Source: a virus
Lineage: Duplodnaviria; Caudoviricetes
IMG/VR virus record: IMGVR_UViG_3300009095_000011
Span: 32,001 to 96,000 of that record
Direction: 5' to 3' (one strand)
DNA length: 64,000 nt
Numbering within the stretch: position 1 is the stretch's first letter; every line of letters begins with the position of its first letter. The notes under the pieces are model-generated. The model was not told the origin of the DNA. It searched no databases and was given only the letters and a program-made list of their open reading frames with translations. Below are positions 36,337-47,206 of this stretch, piece by piece. Both the position numbers and the translations under genes were made by a program.

Positions 36337-38640
36337 TTATTCATATAATCTTGTTACTGAAAATCTACAAAATTGCCACGGATTTGAGCCACTATATCCA
36401 CTTAGTGCTGTTAATTTGAAATTATAATTGGCTCCAGAATTCATAAAACTTATTAATGACAAGCTTCCTATAGAACTCCTATCTGATGCTCCAACATTAT
36501 CTGATGTAAATGCATGTGTAAAGGGATTTTCAACAGTAACTTCAACATCATTTCTAAACAAGTTAATGCGCACTAATCCATAAGCTTCTGTTTCAAGTTC
36601 TGCATTAATATCTATTCTATAATAACCAGATGTTGGAACTGTAAAATAAGAACTGGTAATTGTGAGTCCAGACAAAGATGTTAATTGATAAAATTTAGGC
36701 TTTAATGCTTCTATAGCAGTAGTATTGGCTTCTATAAGTGATTTAATGGTTTGTAAATATGATACATGAGGAAATACTTCCCAATTTGTACCATCAAATG
36801 TACATTTAAGCAATAAATTCTCATCTGCTGCTTGATCTATAAGAAATTGATCAATATCAAGTAATTCAGTTCCTGGATTGCCTGCATTAACATAGTCTTG
36901 TACAACTTTATAAGTTTGACCACTTAATGTAATATCAGCTTGAATCTCAATCCAAAACTTATTACCTGCACCTGCACTAATTGTTTTAAGGTTAATATAA
37001 TGTTCTGTGGTAAAAGTAATTATTGTGGGATTAATTCTCTGATTAAGTGGGTTAGTACCTACCTCAAGAGAAATAACAGGATTGGCATTATCTAAATCGT
37101 GATCTTCAAATCCAAATAAATCGCCTGTTTCAATGCTTGCTATTCTATTGCTATAAGCATTACTTGCAAGTACAATAGTAATAAATCCCACAGTTGCCGA
37201 TGATGTATATGTATTTCTTACTTGATCTTCAATTGGCTTCAGGCTGCCATCTGAATTGAAAGATGTTTCTGTCAAATAGCCACTTTCGTTATCGCTTGGA
37301 ATAGTAAGGATTGCACTATAATCCTTTATGTGTTTATATTGATATTGAACAACATAATTACAAGAAGGAGATTTATAAACAAGTGCATGAATCTTAGCTA
37401 CATCAGTATTAACCGGATAGGAGAATTTATTATTTGGTAAAGTTGTACTATCTCCACTGTCAGCTTTAATTATAATGCTTACCTCACTAACGTTAGGTAC
37501 AATGAGAAGTTGTTGTGTTGTATCACTGTATTTATCAGGATCAAGAACATCAAGTGTAAGATTTATTTGCGTTGCGCTTAATGTGGATTGTTTAATTATT
37601 GAATAGCTACCATCTTTAGTATAAATTCTCCATCCATCAAAATCACCAGTAGTAAAATCACCAGTTGATTTAAATTTACCACCCTGACCACCTATGATAG
37701 TTACTCTATTTAACGAACTGTCAATAGTCCAGTTTGATGATCTCATTCCCCATGCTACCTCAATGATGTTTTTATCACGAGTAGATAAGGTACTATCCCA
37801 CTTAACGCTCTCTACACCAATTAAAGGGTTAGCTGCTTTATCAAGATTTTTTACAAAGTAATTTGAAGTAGTCTTGAATATTGAATTTCTTTTATCTTGT
37901 ATCTCAACATCAGTTCCTACACTTCGCACTCTTGCAAGTAAAAATTCTTGACCATCTATTAGGGTGGGAGGGGTATTAAGTGTTGTTTCTTGAACTAACG
38001 TAACAAGCGCACTATCATATACAAAAATATTCTCATCTGCGCCATCTGGAACACTACCAGGAGCGAAAGTTCCTACAATTTGATATGTAAGGTTAGATTC
38101 GGCAGTAAATGTCCTTACAGGCTCCGTAATGCCCTGCAATACAGCAGATGTGTCGCTGATTATCTCTAATACATCATATTGACCTGTATTATTTACAGAA
38201 TTAGGGAAACTAATACGAGCAGGAAAGTCGGTTCTTACACCCCTTAATGTTTTGAGAAATTCAGTACCAACTCCTGTAATGGTTCCATCTGTTGAGATAG
38301 TAATGGTTCCTTGTTCAAGATTAGATTCAGCAAACTTAACTTTTACCCAATACCAATTACCATTTGTGGGGACAGAAATATTTGTAGTTGCAGATTTAAC
38401 TATAAAATTTCCTAAACTATCGATAGCTTCAATTGCTTCGTACTTAATAGTATTATCATTGATATCTTTACTTACTTTACCATTAGTAAAATTGCCATCT
38501 GTTGAATTATTTATAAGGCCAAATTCAATGGCATTGTTGAGAATGAATTTTCTAAATCCATCATCATCAAAAAATTCTTTAGTGCGTTGAAGTTCAAATC
38601 GACCAAGGAAAAGATTATTGCTGTATTTTATTCTGCTCAT
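36337..38640 (-). CDS. Tail fibre / baseplate-associated protein
   Basis: 767 aa, Thr/Ser/Gly-rich and beta-rich; TITGVGTEF fibre-like motif. Confidence 0.65.
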   Translation of the reverse strand: MSRIKYSNNLFLGRFELQRTKEFFDDDGFRKFILNNAIEFGLINNSTDGNFTNGKVSKDINDNTIKYEAIEAIDSLGNFIVKSATTNISVPTNGNWYWVKVKFAESNLEQGTITISTDGTITGVGTEFLKTLRGVRTDFPARISFPNSVNNTGQYDVLEIISDTSAVLQGITEPVRTFTAESNLTYQIVGTFAPGSVPDGADENIFVYDSALVTLVQETTLNTPPTLIDGQEFLLARVRSVGTDVEIQDKRNSIFKTTSNYFVKNLDKAANPLIGVESVKWDSTLSTRDKNIIEVAWGMRSSNWTIDSSLNRVTIIGGQGGKFKSTGDFTTGDFDGWRIYTKDGSYSIIKQSTLSATQINLTLDVLDPDKYSDTTQQLLIVPNVSEVSIIIKADSGDSTTLPNNKFSYPVNTDVAKIHALVYKSPSCNYVVQYQYKHIKDYSAILTIPSDNESGYLTETSFNSDGSLKPIEDQVRNTYTSSATVGFITIVLASNAYSNRIASIETGDLFGFEDHDLDNANPVISLEVGTNPLNQRINPTIITFTTEHYINLKTISAGAGNKFWIEIQADITLSGQTYKVVQDYVNAGNPGTELLDIDQFLIDQAADENLLLKCTFDGTNWEVFPHVSYLQTIKSLIEANTTAIEALKPKFYQLTSLSGLTITSSYFTVPTSGYYRIDINAELETEAYGLVRINLFRNDVEVTVENPFTHAFTSDNVGASDRSSIGSLSLISFMNSGANYNFKLTALSGYSGSNPWQFCRFSVTRLYE

Positions 38641-38675
38641 ATTGTTTGTAAAGATAATTAAAATTTTTCACATTA

Positions 38676-39746
38676 TTAAGCCCAAAGGTACCAATCTTCT
38701 CCATCGCTTTGTAAATTAGCTACTTCACCTTGAATGTTTAATACTATCTCCCCGTCAAATTCTACCATTACAAATTCTGGATCTTCCGTTATACTATAGC
38801 TTGCATTTGATTCAAATGGTACAATTGTTACTGTATTGGCTGTTGAATCTATTTTTTTAATGATAAAATCATATCCATCTGCATTAATGACATTAGGGAG
38901 AGTTATTTCCCTATTGCCAGTTGAACAATCTACAAGGATAGTTCTGTCGTTAAGTGTAATCTGATAATCAATGCTAACTGTTTTAATTTGGAATAAACGA
39001 GTTACCCATCCTTGCAATTCTGGAATATCATTATCAATTGCATCTCTTAATTCAATAACAGTAGTTTCATTTGCTCCACCTTCATCAAGAATAGTATCAG
39101 TGTTTTGAGTATGCCTTTTATCGAGGGTATCTTGAATTAAAGTATGTTGTGCAGCAGTTAAATGATAATATTCATTTGTTGTTCCACCTTGAGCATTAAA
39201 AAGATTATTATGATCAAATGTTGTTGAAGCTATTTTTAACCACCTTCCCACACCAGTAGTTGGCTGCACTACTCTATTATCGTCTCCTGCCGATACGCTT
39301 GATCTGTCCAAACGATAAGTTCCAAGCGATTTAACTACTATAATTCCATTATCAGGCCATGTTGATGAACTTGTTGTATCAAGTGCTTTAAGTGCTGTAA
39401 GATCGGCTACAGGAGAAAAAATTCTTCCAGTGATTCCAGTTACAGAAGTATCTATAAGAGATTGAATATCACCTTGATTAAGTATTTTATGCCACGTAGA
39501 TAAATCAGATTCTACAAAATAAGGTCTTTCGTCATCGTTCACCCATACGATCATTCCAGCATATTTGTCAGCAGAAACAAGTGCATCTCTTTCGGCAGTA
39601 TCAGTAAGTGGGACGTAAAATAAAAATGAATCCTTAATATTAGTAAGTACACTGTTATGCACTGTCCCCGTTATGGCACGGGTTCCATTGGCCTTAATTT
39701 TGGTATCAATATCTGATTTAAATGCTGACTTCTTTAAATTTGACAT
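38676..39746 (-). CDS. Tail fibre-like protein
   Basis: VADLTALKAL, GVGRWLK, QGGTTNEYYHLT and ITLP...IKKID...TVTI modules common in phage fibres. Confidence 0.65.
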   Translation of the reverse strand: MSNLKKSAFKSDIDTKIKANGTRAITGTVHNSVLTNIKDSFLFYVPLTDTAERDALVSADKYAGMIVWVNDDERPYFVESDLSTWHKILNQGDIQSLIDTSVTGITGRIFSPVADLTALKALDTTSSSTWPDNGIIVVKSLGTYRLDRSSVSAGDDNRVVQPTTGVGRWLKIASTTFDHNNLFNAQGGTTNEYYHLTAAQHTLIQDTLDKRHTQNTDTILDEGGANETTVIELRDAIDNDIPELQGWVTRLFQIKTVSIDYQITLNDRTILVDCSTGNREITLPNVINADGYDFIIKKIDSTANTVTIVPFESNASYSITEDPEFVMVEFDGEIVLNIQGEVANLQSDGEDWYLWA

Positions 39747-39787
39747 TTGGTATATGTAAATAGTATTATTTTCACAATTTATTTAAT

Positions 39788-42667
39788 TTAAATATGATAA
39801 TCATCACTGTAGTCATTTGCCGAGTAGTCACCGAGTGCATCTCCGCTTTCAACCTCAAGATAATTAACTTTGAATGTACTATTGTAAGGCAGTAAGTATT
39901 TCCTCAATCTTTGTTCAATCTGTCTTTCACTTAATTGTCCATTTCTTTTCTTTGCCCAAATTGAAATGAAATTCTTTGGAAGTATAAATCCAGTTGAATA
40001 AGGTGCATTAAGTGGTCTTATTTTAAGGTCCCATATTCTAACTTCATTACCTGTACTTATTGTTTGACTTTCATCACCTAAAAATTCAAGCTCTGCACAT
40101 TGCAATTGATCTATATAAATTTCACCATCTTCTGCAATATTTGTACTTGCATTCATAAAAGCATATATTGTACCCAAAAGATTGCCTGTAGTATTTGCAA
40201 CAAAATCATATCTTATTTGCTGCCATTGACCATTAATCTCAAAATTGCTTTTAAAAATCCTCGATTCATCTGGATAAGCAGTTAAGCCATTAACTCCTAT
40301 GCCAATATCTATTTGCCCACCTGCCCTATTGGGCCAACTATCTCCATCTGTTCTTATTTGTGCTGTAATTATATATCTTCTACCAGACACTACAGATAAA
40401 TTAAAAAATTTAAATAAAATGTCAACGCCATTATATAGGCCTCCTAAAATACTACCACTACTGTGTCCATCATTAAAATTATAAGCCCTGCAACTATAAC
40501 TTCCCTGATATTGAAAATTACTTGATCTTTCTAAAGAAGCATAAGTTGGAACACCATACTCCTTAATATCTCCCCAATTATTTGACGGTTCATATTCTTC
40601 TATTACAACATTATCAACGTAAATTTCACCATCTTTAAGTAAATTTTCTCCTGTTACAGAGTTCCAAAATGCCTTTATGGGAAAGGATCTTGTACTATCT
40701 GTTGCAGTTGCAGTAAATTGCAAACTTATTTCTTGCCAAGAATCTTCAATTTGATCATGCGTTCGGTACTGTCTAACTACATTGGTAATTGGATAGCTGC
40801 CTGCTCCTGTATAAAAATTAAAATACAAAGTTTCACCATTCCTATTGGGCCATGCATTTTGTTCAGTCCTTATTCTGGCCTTTAATATATATCTTCTGCC
40901 CGAAACTAAAGAAGGTTTAAAAGATAAATTTAAGGCAGTAAATTCTTTATTAAAACTATCTACAACAGAAACAGTAGCACTTTCATAAAAAAAACCAGAA
41001 GCTCTACAAGAGAAACTGCCAGCATAGGCATAAGTAGAAGATCTTTCAACCCAATGAACACCGTCATCTTTAGGAGATATCCAATTGGCCTCTATGTCTT
41101 CAAATGTACCATTGGTAGCATCTGTAAATATATTAGCGTTAAGCAATTGATAAGTTTCTTTTTCAGCTTCAAATGTACCGTTATCTCCATCTGTAATAAT
41201 ATTAGCATTTAATTGATTCCATCCTACAGCCTGAGATATCGATATACTTTGATCATCATCTTTATCAACTGCAATATAAGGAATTAATCCATAGGTACCA
41301 CTTGCAAATTTAAGATGTTTTCCTTGACCTATTGCTAAATTGTTTTCAACATCACTTGCATTAATATCTTTTGAATAAATTATACCTCGTATAAAATAAT
41401 ATTTGTCAGTTTTATTAAGTTGAATTTTCTCAAAGAAAAAAGATTGATTTACATCTGTATCAATTCTTACAGGAGAAATGGAGTTGCTTGCAATATCATA
41501 AGTTCTTACTCCAAATGTTAAATTTTCACCTGCATCTACCTGACGTACAAAAAAGGTTATTTCATAGCTCATATCATCGTCAACTACTATTTTATAGTTG
41601 AGATTATTTTCACCTATGCCACTGATTTCACCGATTGGTACATCTTTGATTGATAGAACTTGATCTCCATTATCTTCAATAATCTCAATTACACCATTGC
41701 CAAATATTGGATATTTAGCAAGATCAACGAAGTCTTTAGTAAACTCATATCCTTTAATTGCTCCCGTTTGTCTTGATAATCCAGTATATAAAGGTGAGCT
41801 ATTTTCAACTGACCATCCTATTGTATGAGGTAAATGAACATTAAATATAAATTCATCAACTTCTTTATTGTAACAAAGAAGTCTCAATAATTCTCCATCT
41901 ACTTCACTATTTCGCTGATCTTTTGTTTTATAAATTTGAGAAGTTCCTCTTTGTCTTATTTCATCAAAATAATATTCAACAAGATAGTTCTTATCTGCAC
42001 TACTTGCATCATCACAAAAGAAAACTCCGCGTTGTTCAAGGAATTGAGAAAGCAATTGATCATTCTCTCTGAATTTCTCAAATTGACGTGCAAATACTAC
42101 TATATAGGCAAAGAAACATGCAACTGCTCTCCAAAAGTCAATGTAATCTCTATCTATTCCATTTATATTACTTTCATCACCTCTTGTTACAAATTTTGGG
42201 ACTATCCCTTGTTTATATAGTTTCTCAGTTACATTAACACACCATGCAAGTACTTCTGTAGCATGACAAGAAAAGAAATCTGCAAATATAGATTGTTCAT
42301 AAGTTTTGCCACATGGAACTTCTAAAAACTGACCATCTAATTGAGTGCTATTCCATGCAAGATCAAGTGATCCTGATATTGAGAAAGATGCTGATTCATC
42401 ATTAATATGAGTATAGCGATATTCTATAATAAAAGTATCACGAGAATCTATTACAACGGCATTAAGATTATCGGCTGTAAGTTCTTGCCAGTTACTGTAA
42501 TTAATTCCATCTATGGTATATCGAAATTCCTTATAGAATCTATTATTGCCCTGCTCAGTCGTGTCGTCAATATAATCAGTAAGGGCTATAAGGCCGATTA
42601 TGGGAACATTGGCTCTAATTATTAGAACATCTCCAAATTCATCCGATATGTTTTTTGTGATTGCCAT
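39788..42667 (-). CDS. Baseplate/tail protein with two tandem carbohydrate-binding-like (CBM4/9-type) repeats
   Basis: 959 aa; duplicated units ERSS..Y.GS.SCRA...SGRRYI....IRT...WPNR.G...WQ.I...F.A...DGEIY.D. Confidence 0.65.
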   Translation of the reverse strand: MAITKNISDEFGDVLIIRANVPIIGLIALTDYIDDTTEQGNNRFYKEFRYTIDGINYSNWQELTADNLNAVVIDSRDTFIIEYRYTHINDESASFSISGSLDLAWNSTQLDGQFLEVPCGKTYEQSIFADFFSCHATEVLAWCVNVTEKLYKQGIVPKFVTRGDESNINGIDRDYIDFWRAVACFFAYIVVFARQFEKFRENDQLLSQFLEQRGVFFCDDASSADKNYLVEYYFDEIRQRGTSQIYKTKDQRNSEVDGELLRLLCYNKEVDEFIFNVHLPHTIGWSVENSSPLYTGLSRQTGAIKGYEFTKDFVDLAKYPIFGNGVIEIIEDNGDQVLSIKDVPIGEISGIGENNLNYKIVVDDDMSYEITFFVRQVDAGENLTFGVRTYDIASNSISPVRIDTDVNQSFFFEKIQLNKTDKYYFIRGIIYSKDINASDVENNLAIGQGKHLKFASGTYGLIPYIAVDKDDDQSISISQAVGWNQLNANIITDGDNGTFEAEKETYQLLNANIFTDATNGTFEDIEANWISPKDDGVHWVERSSTYAYAGSFSCRASGFFYESATVSVVDSFNKEFTALNLSFKPSLVSGRRYILKARIRTEQNAWPNRNGETLYFNFYTGAGSYPITNVVRQYRTHDQIEDSWQEISLQFTATATDSTRSFPIKAFWNSVTGENLLKDGEIYVDNVVIEEYEPSNNWGDIKEYGVPTYASLERSSNFQYQGSYSCRAYNFNDGHSSGSILGGLYNGVDILFKFFNLSVVSGRRYIITAQIRTDGDSWPNRAGGQIDIGIGVNGLTAYPDESRIFKSNFEINGQWQQIRYDFVANTTGNLLGTIYAFMNASTNIAEDGEIYIDQLQCAELEFLGDESQTISTGNEVRIWDLKIRPLNAPYSTGFILPKNFISIWAKKRNGQLSERQIEQRLRKYLLPYNSTFKVNYLEVESGDALGDYSANDYSDDYHI

Positions 42668-42780
42668 TTATAATAAATGTGAAGAAATAAGTTAATATTT
42701 ATTTGATATCCAAATTAAAAGCAAATGATTATTTAAAGTTTCCACTTTGTACAATTTAATAATTGTCTATTGCTGCCATG

Positions 42781-43458
42781 TTAACCTAAATTTGTCTTCC
42801 ATCTTAATATTTCTGCCTCACTTAACTGTCTGTTGTAGTGAATAAAATCTTTCATTTCCCCGTGAAAATCACCGAGAGGTCCTTTGCCGATTCTGTTGAA
42901 GTTGAAGTCGGTTGTTGTGTCAACCAATACATTAATAAAGGTGTTATTTACATATATTTTCGCGGGTCTATCTACATTATTACCAACATCACCTATCGAC
43001 ATCGCTATGAAGAAATTTGGGTTTAAATCCATTAATGTGTATAGAAGAGATGTATTTTCAAAAAAACGGACACGAGTTAATGTGTATTGATCAAGAATAG
43101 ATTTTGAATCACTGCCAATTATTCCTTTATTGTTTTGATCAGGAGCAGTTAAACTACCTCGAAAAATTATAGTTTTTGCAGTTCCCGAATAGAATCTAAA
43201 AGATGATTCCGGTTCGTTTGCAATCAGATTGCGATTAAGCGCATAATTGAAAATTAACCCATCAGATGAAAATTGCGGCCCTAAAGATCCAGCTTTGATA
43301 TACGATTTACCACTGCCTAAGTAATCATAAATTCTGTTAACTCTCGATTCTGAATCCAATTCAATCGTAGATGGCTCGTTTGCTTTCAACCAGAAAACTA
43401 TATCATCAAGAAACTTTTTCCTTTTCCCTATCATCGCCCTATGTCTCAAACTCATCAT
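42781..43458 (-). CDS. LamG/concanavalin-like domain protein
   Basis: C-terminal FHGEMKDFIHYNRQLSEAEI; likely start ATG at 43458, overlapping the upstream stop. Confidence 0.6.
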   Translation of the reverse strand: MMSLRHRAMIGKRKKFLDDIVFWLKANEPSTIELDSESRVNRIYDYLGSGKSYIKAGSLGPQFSSDGLIFNYALNRNLIANEPESSFRFYSGTAKTIIFRGSLTAPDQNNKGIIGSDSKSILDQYTLTRVRFFENTSLLYTLMDLNPNFFIAMSIGDVGNNVDRPAKIYVNNTFINVLVDTTTDFNFNRIGKGPLGDFHGEMKDFIHYNRQLSEAEILRWKTNLG

Positions 43459-43967
43459 ACCGGTACTATTGCTGAAAACCTCAAAATCCAACCAGTTTTT
43501 GCTTTCTTAATACTCGCCTCGAAAGGCGTTGCCGTAGCCGCATCGAAGGTAATTTCCTTATTCGTGTTATCCCACGTCCACAAATTCCCAGACGCTTCCG
43601 CGCATACTACCCCGGAAAATGCAGAGAAATCCAGTACCACGGTTCCGATGCACTCCCCGTCGATAAAGCAATGCTTCAGGTTTGTATCGTTGCTTTTCGT
43701 GATGTTGTGGTTCGCGGTCATTACCGTATCAATGGTAGCTATGACAGTTTCCAGGCTCTCGCAGTCGATAGCGGCTATTCCCGCAGCGGGTGTAATGTTT
43801 TTGTATTTGTGGGTTGCTGAAACTAATGGTTCCCATGTGCCACTTGAATCTATATATTCTTTATATGTTTTAGGAGTTATACTTGTATCTCTCCAAAGCA
43901 TATTGGTATTAGTTGGTGCAGTTGTGCCAACATGAATTGCTTTAACTTGACCTAAATTCTTAGCCAT
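43455..43967 (-). CDS. Tail fibre-associated protein
   Basis: VGTTAPTNTNMLWRDTS motif; GC content rises within the gene. Confidence 0.6.
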   Translation of the reverse strand: MAKNLGQVKAIHVGTTAPTNTNMLWRDTSITPKTYKEYIDSSGTWEPLVSATHKYKNITPAAGIAAIDCESLETVIATIDTVMTANHNITKSNDTNLKHCFIDGECIGTVVLDFSAFSGVVCAEASGNLWTWDNTNKEITFDAATATPFEASIKKAKTGWILRFSAIVPV

Positions 43968-44287
43968 TAATCATTATATCTTAATTGTCCTGTATTATTA
44001 TCAATTGAATATTTATTTTCATCTCCTTGATTAGAAAATACAATGAGATTGCCATTTGCATCTATTGAATAATCTATTTGTGTAGGATTGTTTTTCATTT
44101 GTATTATTAATTCTCCTTCTTTATAATTTGTACCATCGAATGTAGCTACTTTATCGCCTATAAAAGCACTTATTGTATCTGGAAGTATATTTGTATCAGT
44201 TGCTTCACGATAGCTTGTTATAATGCTTATATCACTTCCTACAATGGAAGTTACAGTTGAGGATGTTATAACTTTGGTCTCTGGCAA
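43967..44287 (-). CDS. Hypothetical structural protein
   Basis: ORF track; TTG start. Confidence 0.6.
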   Translation of the reverse strand: MPETKVITSSTVTSIVGSDISIITSYREATDTNILPDTISAFIGDKVATFDGTNYKEGELIIQMKNNPTQIDYSIDANGNLIVFSNQGDENKYSIDNNTGQLRYND

Positions 44288-44289
44288 AG

Positions 44290-45486
44290 TTATGAGATTT
44301 TATTTTTAAAATACAATCCATTTCCTTCTTCATTGACGACCATCTGATTTTCATCATGAACCTTATCGTCTCCAAAGGCGTTACTTCCCGAAACTTTTTC
44401 GGTAGGGCTGTAATTAGCCAAATTTATTGCTGCATTAAGATCGCGGTCTATTTCAAAACCACATTCAAAACACACATATTTTCTTTCTTTTAACGAAAGC
44501 TCTTTTTTTATATTACCACAACATGAACAAACTTTACTTGATGGAAACCATTTGTTAGCAATAACAACTTGCTTATTTTGCCATTTAGCTTTATACTCAA
44601 TCTGTCTCCTAAATTCACTCAATGAAACATCCGATAAAGCTTGAGCAAGTTTGTGGTTTTTAACCATTCCACTTACATTCAAATCTTCCAAAACAATCAC
44701 ATCTGCACTATTTACTATTTGACTTGTGGCTTGATGTAAGGCATTTTTTCTCAAGCAAGAAACTTTGTAATGTAGTTTAGCAACCTTCATTCTTTGTTTA
44801 TACTTATTGTTGCTGCCCTTAACTTTTCGAGAAAGCTTTCTTTGCTGGTGTTTTAGTGATTTTAATTTAGATTTGAGTGCTTTTGGATTCTTAAAAACGC
44901 GTCCATCCGAACATATTGCTAAATCCTTAGTACCCAAATCAATCCCAACTACAACTTGGTTTTCGCTTAAAGCAGGGGTTTCATTGGGTACTGTTTCTAT
45001 ATTCACGACCGCAAACCACATGTCTGCAACTCGTTTAATTACTACATTATTTACTTTTCCTTCAAATCTAATATTCTCTGCGCATTTAACATACCCCAAT
45101 CTTGGTATTTTTATCTTTTTATGTTTATGGTGACCAAAAGATTGTTGATTTTCTATAGCAATAAATGAATCCTTAACTCCTTTCTTTTTAAACTTTGGGT
45201 AATTAGCTTGTTTTTTAAAAAAATTATCAAAGGCTTTTTGAAGATTATATATGCTATATTGTGGAGCACACTTGCCTACTTCAAGCATCCAAGGAAATTG
45301 ATCTCTTTTTATTGAATTTAGCTCCTTATTTAAAGAAAATTTATTTGAATTTATTCCATTTTTATGATTCTCAATCCATTTATTTAATGCCCAATTATAA
45401 GCAAAACGAGCCACCCCACAAGATTTAATAAAAAATCTTTCTTGCTTTTTTGTTGGATATAATTTTATAGAATGAGATTTAATCAT
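44290..45486 (-). mobile_element. tnpB: TnpB RNA-guided endonuclease (IS200/IS605/IS607 group), no tnpA
   Basis: HTH (KLYPTKKQ...GVARFAYNWAL), RuvC D (GIDLG), E (VLEDL), zinc finger CSCC/CFEC and D (DRDLNAAINL). Confidence 0.93.
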
Positions 45487-46706
45487 TAGCTAATTGTTCT
45501 TAATGCCGTTAATTGTTGATTTAATAATACTTGATTTGGAAAGAATACAGGAGAAAGATTGCCTTGTAAATCTACTATAATATTTCCTTGTAAATCAAAT
45601 AATACAAAAGATCGCACTCGTGGTAATTTATTTGGATCAATTGCTACATCATTTCTTCCTCCATTAATGAAGAAAAATTGATCAGGTACATATTTAGCAC
45701 CTCTTGTGTTTTTAGCTATTGACAATAGATCATCCCATTCTACAAAATCAACTCCTGATTCAAAAGTTCTGAAATCAAGTGCTTTGCTCATTCGTACTTG
45801 TACTGCTTTTCTATAATCATCTGGATTGACAGAATCAAGTAATTGTACTCTATAGTTAATATCTATGGGTTCAAATTCAATATTGATAAGTTCTATTCCG
45901 TAACTTTGAACTCCATGAGGTCTGAGATCAGCAAGAGAGAACATTGATTCGCCTTTTTCTAAAAGTTCTCCAAGTTCCTCAGTTGTTAGGGCTATTCCAT
46001 TTTGAGTTGCAATTGCTAACTGAACATTGCCATCACTATTGAGTCCCTGATAGAATATTTTCAATACATTGTTGTTGATTTTTATAAATGCCTGTTCAAG
46101 CATTGAGATTGTGCCTTTGGCAAGGATATTTACACCTTCTTTTATTCTTTTTCGGAATGAATCGTCATCTTCATTGTCTCTTCCTCCTGTGGCTGCGTAT
46201 TCGTTGATTACATTAGTATGCCCTGATGGAATAGGATTGATTGTATTGAGCGACAAGGGAGGAACGTTTGTTTCACTGCCAGCTTCTTGACTTCTTACTT
46301 TTATGTAGCCAAATCCTTGATCATCTAAAGTTAAATCTTCTTCAAGATCAAATACTATTCCCTGACTTCCTTGTACTGTTTGTACTCCGGCTGTGTAAAT
46401 AGTTCCAGATGTTCCGGTTACTCTAATGTATGTACTTGATTCACTTTCAGTATATCGTGGAGCTATTCCAAAATTTGAAGCAATGAAGTCTAATTTGTTT
46501 CCTGTGGCTGTGTCAGGGAAAAGTCCGGCCTCAACGGCACTTATTTCAGTCAATGCCTTTTGGCCCACTTTAGCAATTCCGAAAGAAATACCTGACAAAA
46601 CAGAGTTGTTGGAGACTTTTGTGATCTTGGAACTTTTGTTCATAAAAGTCTCAACCACGATATCTCTTAACTCTTCTATATCAGTTAGACGTGTTATCTT
46701 TGCCAA
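45486..46706 (-). CDS. Baseplate J-like wedge protein
   Basis: PDTATGNKLD...GIAPR, GSETNV and ATGGRDNEDDDSFRKRI motifs. Confidence 0.88.
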   Translation of the reverse strand: MAKITRLTDIEELRDIVVETFMNKSSKITKVSNNSVLSGISFGIAKVGQKALTEISAVEAGLFPDTATGNKLDFIASNFGIAPRYTESESSTYIRVTGTSGTIYTAGVQTVQGSQGIVFDLEEDLTLDDQGFGYIKVRSQEAGSETNVPPLSLNTINPIPSGHTNVINEYAATGGRDNEDDDSFRKRIKEGVNILAKGTISMLEQAFIKINNNVLKIFYQGLNSDGNVQLAIATQNGIALTTEELGELLEKGESMFSLADLRPHGVQSYGIELINIEFEPIDINYRVQLLDSVNPDDYRKAVQVRMSKALDFRTFESGVDFVEWDDLLSIAKNTRGAKYVPDQFFFINGGRNDVAIDPNKLPRVRSFVLFDLQGNIIVDLQGNLSPVFFPNQVLLNQQLTALRTIS

Positions 46707-46780
46707 ATTTTAATATATACATATAGAAAGGAATTACAATTTTTAGTTTTGTAAAGATAGGGAAAAGTTGGGAGAAAATA

Positions 46781-46808
46781 AAAAAAGCCTCAATTATTTT
46801 GAGGCTTT
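46781..46808 (-). terminator. Repeated intrinsic terminator (copy 1)
   Basis: aaagcctcaa-ttatt-ttgaggcttt plus a T-run on the minus strand. Confidence 0.8.
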
Positions 46809-46834
46809 GGTGAGAGAGTGTTTTATATGTTTAA

Positions 46835-47122
46835 TTAAGATTGATAATTTACCGAAACCATTTTATCAAAAAACCAATGGGTAGGTAATTTTTTCTCTGG
46901 ATATTTAAAAATATATGATCTTTTGTAAATGGAGCCAGTAAAAGCTGATCCATTCAACATTTTTATAATATATTCAATTTTATTATTTGTTTTATTAATT
47001 TCCAAAACTTCCCAAAAATTAACACCTCTTGGTGGATTATTTTGTTCAATAATATCGCCAACATTAATATGTTCTGGATTTCCAAAACTTACAGGTCTAT
47101 TATTTATGTATTTAGCTTTCAT
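46835..47122 (-). CDS. Moron hypothetical protein
   Basis: ORF track, 95 aa, inside module A. Confidence 0.6.
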   Translation of the reverse strand: MKAKYINNRPVSFGNPEHINVGDIIEQNNPPRGVNFWEVLEINKTNNKIEYIIKMLNGSAFTGSIYKRSYIFKYPEKKLPTHWFFDKMVSVNYQS

Positions 47123-47206
47123 TTTCTTATCTTTTAATTAAACATCTAATTGTTATATAAATATACAACTTATATTTTAGATATGCAACTTTTGAGGAGA
47201 AATATT

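Larger units (their letters stand above)
46749..47206 (-). other. Moron-like module A (promoter - small ORF - terminator - promoter)
   Basis: Flanks nearly identical to those at 49489-49929 and 59243-59614. Confidence 0.75.
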
